Shown one piece after another: positions 58,701 through 64,000 of a stretch of 64,000 nt of DNA; position 1 is the first letter of the stretch; each line of letters begins with the position of its first letter. The DNA is from a virus: positions 32,001 through 96,000 of IMG/VR virus record IMGVR_UViG_3300017977_000066; one strand, given 5' to 3'. The position numbers and the translations under genes are program-made. The notes below the pieces were generated by a model, which was not told where the DNA came from, made no database searches, and was given only the letters and a program-made list of their open reading frames with translations.

Positions 58701-59651
58701 ATGTTAGATGATGTTTATACTGGTACATTAGGTACCTTTTTTAATAGAGAAGAACTTGTATTTAAGCTTAATGAGCTTATGACTAAAGTAGGAGGTAGCT
58801 TATCTTACGAAGTAGTAGAGCAGAGGACTAAAGTAGTTATATTAACTGGTGTTAATGATACGGAGCAAGATGTACCTAGTTTCCAACACCCCTTAATATT
58901 TAAAACTATCAGAGGTGAAGATGCGGTAGCTATAGATATGAGACCATTTATGAAGTCTAAACTAGTAGACATGATAACTGTTAGAGAGAAGCTACAAGAT
59001 AAGTATAATGGTATGCTCATGCTCTATAGGCTTATATTAACTAAGTTATTATTAGATGGTGAAACATTCTTGTTAGGGTCTCTACATAACCCTACCATGG
59101 AAGCTTTTAGTTCTATAGTTAAAACTACAACTTCTATGTTACTATATGACGAAAGTATTAAAGAGCCTGTAGAGTTAGTATCTGATCTACATTTTATATC
59201 TATGGATATGACTGAAGATGTTAAGGATAAAACTAAGATCATAGAGTTATTACCTAGAGATAAAGTAGCTAAGATACTAAAAGGTGATTATAGCTATATC
59301 TATAATAAAATACTAGATGATACTATAACACTACCTAGTACTACTATAGGTAGTTTAACCACTAATATACGAGAAGCTATAAATAATAAGAGAGCTAAGG
59401 GTTTAACAGCTGATATTCTTATGCAATCTTTATCTAGAGGGTTCTATAGTCTAGATAGTAGAGATCTTGCTATAGCTATGGTAGAAGATAAACCTACTTT
59501 AACTGCATTACTATATATGACTATAACTGAAAGCATTAATTCTAAAGGTGCATTTAATAAAGTTATACATGGTAATAGTAGATTTATTAAACCAAAAGAG
59601 TTCGCTAAATCTTTTTTAAATATTGTAAATTCACAATTAGTAGATGGGTAG
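58701..59651 (+). CDS. Conserved phiKZ-like protein found near chmA/DNA polymerase
   Basis: VPSFQHPL, IDMRPF, A.EDKPT; start moved to 58701 by RBS. Confidence 0.55.
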   Translation: MLDDVYTGTLGTFFNREELVFKLNELMTKVGGSLSYEVVEQRTKVVILTGVNDTEQDVPSFQHPLIFKTIRGEDAVAIDMRPFMKSKLVDMITVREKLQDKYNGMLMLYRLILTKLLLDGETFLLGSLHNPTMEAFSSIVKTTTSMLLYDESIKEPVELVSDLHFISMDMTEDVKDKTKIIELLPRDKVAKILKGDYSYIYNKILDDTITLPSTTIGSLTTNIREAINNKRAKGLTADILMQSLSRGFYSLDSRDLAIAMVEDKPTLTALLYMTITESINSKGAFNKVIHGNSRFIKPKEFAKSFLNIVNSQLVDG

Positions 59652-59690
59652 CTTATGCTACTTGTCTATAGTTCCATTTCTTTTCAGTTA

Positions 59691-59717
59691 CATATTACTT
59701 ACATGAGCCTAGAGTTC
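59691..59717 (+). promoter_or_regulatory. Early promoter variant
   Basis: CATATTACTTACATGAGCCTAGAGTTC. Confidence 0.7.
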
Positions 59718-59744
59718 TAATAAAAACAAAACAAGGAGTTGCAA

Positions 59745-60119
59745 ATGTTAGATTTTACATCACTGGTTGAAGAAGCTCTTTTTTCAAGAGCCTCTGATGT
59801 CAAGCAAGAGTTTTTTATTGATGTTGGTTATTCTAATCTTATAAAGGTTTCTTTTGCGACTGAAGGATATATCTTAACTTTAGTTAGAGATGATGAAAAC
59901 TTATCAACACTGATTAGATGTGTTCATAATGAGATAGAGTTAAACTATCTCTTAAAAGAGTTATTTGGAGTAGAGTTAGCAGATGATATCGCTCGTACAC
60001 TTGGTCTTATAAGCCAAGGTTTAAACGGGATGTATTTAGCTACCAGAGTGGTTAGCCGAAGGGCATTAAATTCAACTCTTAAAGAAAACTATATAAAGGC
60101 TTGGGAAAGAGTAGCTTAG
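59745..60119 (+). CDS. Hypothetical early protein
   Basis: CATATTAC promoter and AAGGAG RBS. Confidence 0.7.
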   Translation: MLDFTSLVEEALFSRASDVKQEFFIDVGYSNLIKVSFATEGYILTLVRDDENLSTLIRCVHNEIELNYLLKELFGVELADDIARTLGLISQGLNGMYLATRVVSRRALNSTLKENYIKAWERVA

Positions 60120-60184
60120 GCTATTATTTTTTTTATTTACTTTCCTATCTATCGTTCTTACCATGAGAATATTAGGAGGATGAT

Positions 60185-62365
60185 ATGGAATTAAAGGAAG
60201 ATGCCACAGAGTATTTTAAGTTTAAACCAGAGGAGTATAAGAGAGATGTTAGCCCTTTAAAACACTATATGGATATCTCTAGTTTTGTATTAGAGAAGAT
60301 GAACCATACTAGAGAACCTAAGGCTAGTATAAAAGAGTATATAAAAGAAAAACAGAGATTTAGTAACCCACTAGTATATTTCAAGCAGAGAGATATGGAT
60401 GGCAAGATAAGTAAACAAGCAGTTGGACTTAAGGATTATCTAGATGATGTTGTAAGAGATAAGAATATCATAGTGCCATCATTCACTGTCTACTTCCCAC
60501 CATCTAAGAAACCCTCACTTCACTCTGAGTTCATGGATGTGAATACTAAAGAGAGATCTGTACATAAGAAGCTAGCCTTTAAGTATAAGATGGGTAAGAT
60601 GTGGGATAAGTTTAATTACCACAATACCATACAGAAGACTAAGAAGATATTTAATAATAGTTTATCAGGAGCTTATGCTTCAGCAGGTACTATATTAAAT
60701 AACCCTAGTAGTCACTATACTCTAACTAGTATAACAAGAGCTATCTCTGGTATAGGTAACGCAGTATCGGAATCTCTTATCATAGGCAATAGACACTATA
60801 GGAACCCTGATGTCATGATAGCCCACCTAGCTACTATAGCTCAGAATGCAGATCTTACTAAGATAGAGTATGTTGTTAATAAATATCATTTAGCAACACC
60901 AGATGCTCCTGAGGTTATGAACTACTTATTAAGAAGTAGTGCTAAGTACTGGAAAGATACTGAAAAAGAACTTGTTATTTTTAATTTCTTAAAATCACTT
61001 AGTAAATATGAAAGAGCTGCTGTACTATACCATATAGATCTTAATGCGATTAGAGAGTTCAATGATACTTTCATGAGGAGAGTTATAGGTAAGTTCCTTA
61101 ACTATGAAGATAAGCATCATGACGAAGCTACTTCTAATAAGATCATAGATGCTGCTTCAGAGATGACTCGTAGTATATCTATCTATAGTTTATCAGATAG
61201 CCTTAAAGGTAAGGTTAAGGGTAAAGGTGATTATACTAAAGAAGATCTATCTAGTCTAGCTTCTCTTATAGAGCATACTGAACAACTTCTAAAATACCTA
61301 GGAGAGATCGTAAATGCATTCTTCATAACAGATGTAGTACCTGCTAATATATCTAGGATAAAAGATATGGTTAGAGAGGTTATCGTATTATCAGATACAG
61401 ATAGTACATGCGCTAGTTATGAAGACTGGCCTACTTGGTATTTTGGTAAGAGAACATTAGACTCTAAAGCTATCTCTATAAGTAGTCTTATACTATTCAT
61501 TAACTCTGAAGTTATGGATCACTTCATCAAACTCTTCGCTGTTAACCTTAATATCAGTTACGAGAAAGCCCAGATACTAGAGATGAAGTCAGAGTTCATG
61601 TTCAAACTTTTTGTTGCTACTAATGTAAGTAAACACTACTATGCAACTACTGATATACAAGAAGGTAATATCTTTGATCCTGAATCCCTACATGATATCT
61701 TAGAGAAGAAAGGTGTTAATCTTATCGTACCTAATGCATATGGTCCTATAAGGAAACTCATAGATGATGTTATGGTAGGTATCATGCATGATGTAGGTAC
61801 CTTAGGTACCATAGAGCTTACTAAGTATCTTAAGATAGTATTAGGGGCTGAACAACTTATCATCAGTAAGATTAAAGATGCCTCTCCAGATATATTTAAG
61901 ACAGAGAAGATCAAAGATGGGAGTGTTTATAAGAACGAACCAGCTAAGTCTCCTTTCTTACATTATCTATTTTGGAATGATATCTTCGGTAGTAAATATG
62001 GTAAAGCTCCTGACCCTACTTATATGGCTATTAAGGTACCACTTAAGATCAACACTAAGAAAGATATGTCTGACTTCATAGAGAACTTAACCGACCCTGT
62101 ATTAAGGGATAAGATAAAAGAGTTCTTAAAAAAATACAATAAAGACTATATAGGTGTTCTAAGGCTACCTCTTATAAAGGTATACGAGCATGGTATACCA
62201 CCTATCTTCAAAGACTGGATAGATATAAAACGAGTTGTTAAAGATAACTGTAATGCACTTTATATAGTACTAGAGACCATAGGGTATTTTATTAAGCCTG
62301 ATGAGATACTGAGTGACCGTGAGTTAAAATTAATAGAGCATAAGGAAATAATAGATGAAAGATAA
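60185..62365 (+). CDS. Family B DNA polymerase, polymerase portion (phiKZ gp50-like)
   Basis: Q...KIFNNSLSGAY, SDTDS, KHYY, KGVNL. Confidence 0.88.
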   Translation: MELKEDATEYFKFKPEEYKRDVSPLKHYMDISSFVLEKMNHTREPKASIKEYIKEKQRFSNPLVYFKQRDMDGKISKQAVGLKDYLDDVVRDKNIIVPSFTVYFPPSKKPSLHSEFMDVNTKERSVHKKLAFKYKMGKMWDKFNYHNTIQKTKKIFNNSLSGAYASAGTILNNPSSHYTLTSITRAISGIGNAVSESLIIGNRHYRNPDVMIAHLATIAQNADLTKIEYVVNKYHLATPDAPEVMNYLLRSSAKYWKDTEKELVIFNFLKSLSKYERAAVLYHIDLNAIREFNDTFMRRVIGKFLNYEDKHHDEATSNKIIDAASEMTRSISIYSLSDSLKGKVKGKGDYTKEDLSSLASLIEHTEQLLKYLGEIVNAFFITDVVPANISRIKDMVREVIVLSDTDSTCASYEDWPTWYFGKRTLDSKAISISSLILFINSEVMDHFIKLFAVNLNISYEKAQILEMKSEFMFKLFVATNVSKHYYATTDIQEGNIFDPESLHDILEKKGVNLIVPNAYGPIRKLIDDVMVGIMHDVGTLGTIELTKYLKIVLGAEQLIISKIKDASPDIFKTEKIKDGSVYKNEPAKSPFLHYLFWNDIFGSKYGKAPDPTYMAIKVPLKINTKKDMSDFIENLTDPVLRDKIKEFLKKYNKDYIGVLRLPLIKVYEHGIPPIFKDWIDIKRVVKDNCNALYIVLETIGYFIKPDEILSDRELKLIEHKEIIDER

Positions 62366-62903
62366 ACGAGTTATAGCATTAGCAGCATATGCTAGATGTG
62401 GTAAGAACTATGTAGCTTCTAAGTTAAAAGAAGTTTACGAACAACAAGGGTTAGTAGTAGAAGAAATAGCATTTGCGGATTCTTTAAAAACTATAACAGC
62501 TGGTATAGTTGATGAGGATGTTACCATATTGGACACTATGAAAAATAATGATGAAAAGATTTGCATACATTATGAACAAGTGCTAGTTAGAGACATGCTT
62601 ACAAGAGTAGCAGCTGGTATTAAGAAGGTAGATGAAAGTTTCTTTGCTAGAGAGACTTTAACCAGGGTTAACAATTCTACTGCAGATATTATTATCATAA
62701 CTGACCTTAGATTCCTAATAGAAGAGGACATGCTTAAGACTAGTTATCCAGCATCTAAGATCATAAAGATAACTAGAGATAGTAAAGCTTGTAAAAAGAG
62801 ATCTGGTGATGTAGAGGTAGATCTTTTAAAACACGATATGGTTTACATTAACGATAGTACTGTTAATATTGGTGAGCTTATAGCCAGTATAGAAAATAAT
62901 TAG
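62355..62903 (+). CDS. Deoxynucleoside monophosphate kinase-like protein
   Basis: A.ARCGKN P-loop, AFADSLK, ITDLRF..E. Confidence 0.75.
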   Translation: MKDKRVIALAAYARCGKNYVASKLKEVYEQQGLVVEEIAFADSLKTITAGIVDEDVTILDTMKNNDEKICIHYEQVLVRDMLTRVAAGIKKVDESFFARETLTRVNNSTADIIIITDLRFLIEEDMLKTSYPASKIIKITRDSKACKKRSGDVEVDLLKHDMVYINDSTVNIGELIASIENN

Positions 62904-62923
62904 ATTCACATATTTTATAATTT

Positions 62924-62962
62924 TATATCACTAATACGAGACTAAGGTTAAATACTTAGCTC
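62924..62962 (+). promoter_or_regulatory. Early promoter variant plus leader hairpin
   Basis: TATATCACTAATACG AGACTAAG...CTTAGCTC. Confidence 0.7.
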
Positions 62963-62985
62963 TAATATAAACAAAGGGATTACCT

Positions 62986-63468
62986 ATGAGACAATTTGAT
63001 GCTAAATTAGAAATAAACGGAAGTAGTTTTAAAGTGAGAACTTTAGATACAGTTTTACTAGCAAAGGCTACATGTGGAAACAAAGAAGAGCTGGAGGAGA
63101 AGATAAGTGAAGAGACTATCGAACATTGTACTGATGAACAGATAGTTATTAGGATAGCTTTTAACATAATACCATATATCCAGCTAGATGTATCTGAAGA
63201 AACTACTCTTAGAGTATTTAACCTCATGATCGATGTCATTAATATCCTTATGAAAGGCGATGGTGCTACTTTAGCTGAGACTAAAGAGTGTAATAATGTA
63301 CTAGACCTTATAGAATGCTTCGTATTGAGATTACAACACATAGAAGATTCTGATATCTATGATGATAAAGCTGAAGAAAGATACCTACCTAACTACTTAG
63401 AAGCAGCTAGAGCTTTTGATGAGAAGAGAGATCTTGAAAGCTACTATGAGGTAACTAAACATTTCTAA
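62986..63468 (+). CDS. Hypothetical early protein
   Basis: TATATCAC promoter variant at 62924. Confidence 0.7.
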   Translation: MRQFDAKLEINGSSFKVRTLDTVLLAKATCGNKEELEEKISEETIEHCTDEQIVIRIAFNIIPYIQLDVSEETTLRVFNLMIDVINILMKGDGATLAETKECNNVLDLIECFVLRLQHIEDSDIYDDKAEERYLPNYLEAARAFDEKRDLESYYEVTKHF

Positions 63469-63470
63469 CA

Positions 63471-63498
63471 TACATAGTAACCCATGGGTTACTATGTA
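63471..63498. terminator. Perfect 28-bp palindrome between convergent genes
   Basis: TACATAGTAACCCATGGGTTACTATGTA. Confidence 0.7.
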
Positions 63499-63506
63499 CA
63501 TCTTTT

Positions 63507-63884
63507 TTAGTATTCTATATGGTAACCATCTTCACTATCATCATATATTATCTTACATATCTTATTACCAGTGTTGTCTATAAGATAGTTCTCTTTGATA
63601 ACAGTATCGTTAAGCTTAGCTATATACCAATCACTATCGTAAACTTTACCCATGTTCTCACTATGTATCTTACACCTAACATATAGCTTAGTATTCTCAT
63701 CATACATACCAGGACCATCTATCCTATATAGGGAACTGAACCATACTTCTACATTATCTCTATATTCAGATACTTCATCTACCATGATAGTAAACTCTTC
63801 ATCTAGTGCTACTTGCCAACTAACAGCTACTACACCACTAACATCATTAGCCTTCACATAATCCTTCACATAGAACTTAGCCAT
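63507..63884 (-). CDS. Hypothetical protein (domain shared with N-terminus of 41323-43125)
   Basis: AVSWQVA.D motif; AAGGAG RBS. Confidence 0.65.
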   Translation of the reverse strand: MAKFYVKDYVKANDVSGVVAVSWQVALDEEFTIMVDEVSEYRDNVEVWFSSLYRIDGPGMYDENTKLYVRCKIHSENMGKVYDSDWYIAKLNDTVIKENYLIDNTGNKICKIIYDDSEDGYHIEY

Positions 63885-63951
63885 ATGATACTCCTTATTT
63901 TAAGTTCAAGTTAAAACTACTCATATATGTTTCCATTTCTTTTTTCAGTTA

Positions 63952-63979
63952 TATATTACTTATGTGAACTTAGAAATTT
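63952..63979 (+). promoter_or_regulatory. Early promoter for an ORF starting at 63993 (runs off window)
   Basis: TATATTACTTATGTGAACTTAG, then AAGGAG RBS and ATG. Confidence 0.7.
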
Positions 63980-64000
63980 AAAGGAGTATAAAATGCTAAA

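Noticed and set aside
3237-63861. Many 60-200 aa ORFs antisense to or nested in long genes (e.g. 4005-4427, 18342-19091, 38300-38872, 50146-50763)
   Set aside because: No RBS; composition typical of reverse-strand shadows of AT-rich genes
1-64000. Stop-codon reassignment
   Set aside because: Core genes are full length under the standard code and TAA, TAG and TGA all end genes

Overview
AT-rich (roughly 30% GC by eye) segment of a phiKZ-like, nucleus-forming jumbo phage (Chimalliviridae-type). Recognisable hallmarks are chimallin (56792-58600), the tubulin PhuZ, three split virion RNA polymerase subunits, a phiKZ-type family B DNA polymerase, terminase, portal, prohead protease, tail sheath and tube, a UvsX/RecA-like recombinase, and a giant gp181-like tail protein running off the left edge. 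Accessory genes include ThyX, dCMP deaminase, RecJ, an SLT, an HNH, a permuted NlpC/P60 and lectin-like fibre modules. The ThyX resembles Campylobacterota ThyX, which hints at an unusual host. Non-coding signals: about 13 co-oriented TATATTAC early promoters, many followed by a conserved leader hairpin; a candidate TTGAA late-promoter motif about 20-28 nt before structural genes; long palindromic terminators; and a 1.2 kb ORF-free hairpin-rich region (13760-14820) that may be an origin or ncRNA locus. The most unusual protein is a head-type protein with a HExxH domain, a membrane segment and a T7-0.7-like kinase domain behind a likely maturation-protease site. Homology calls rest on motif recognition from memory, not database searches.
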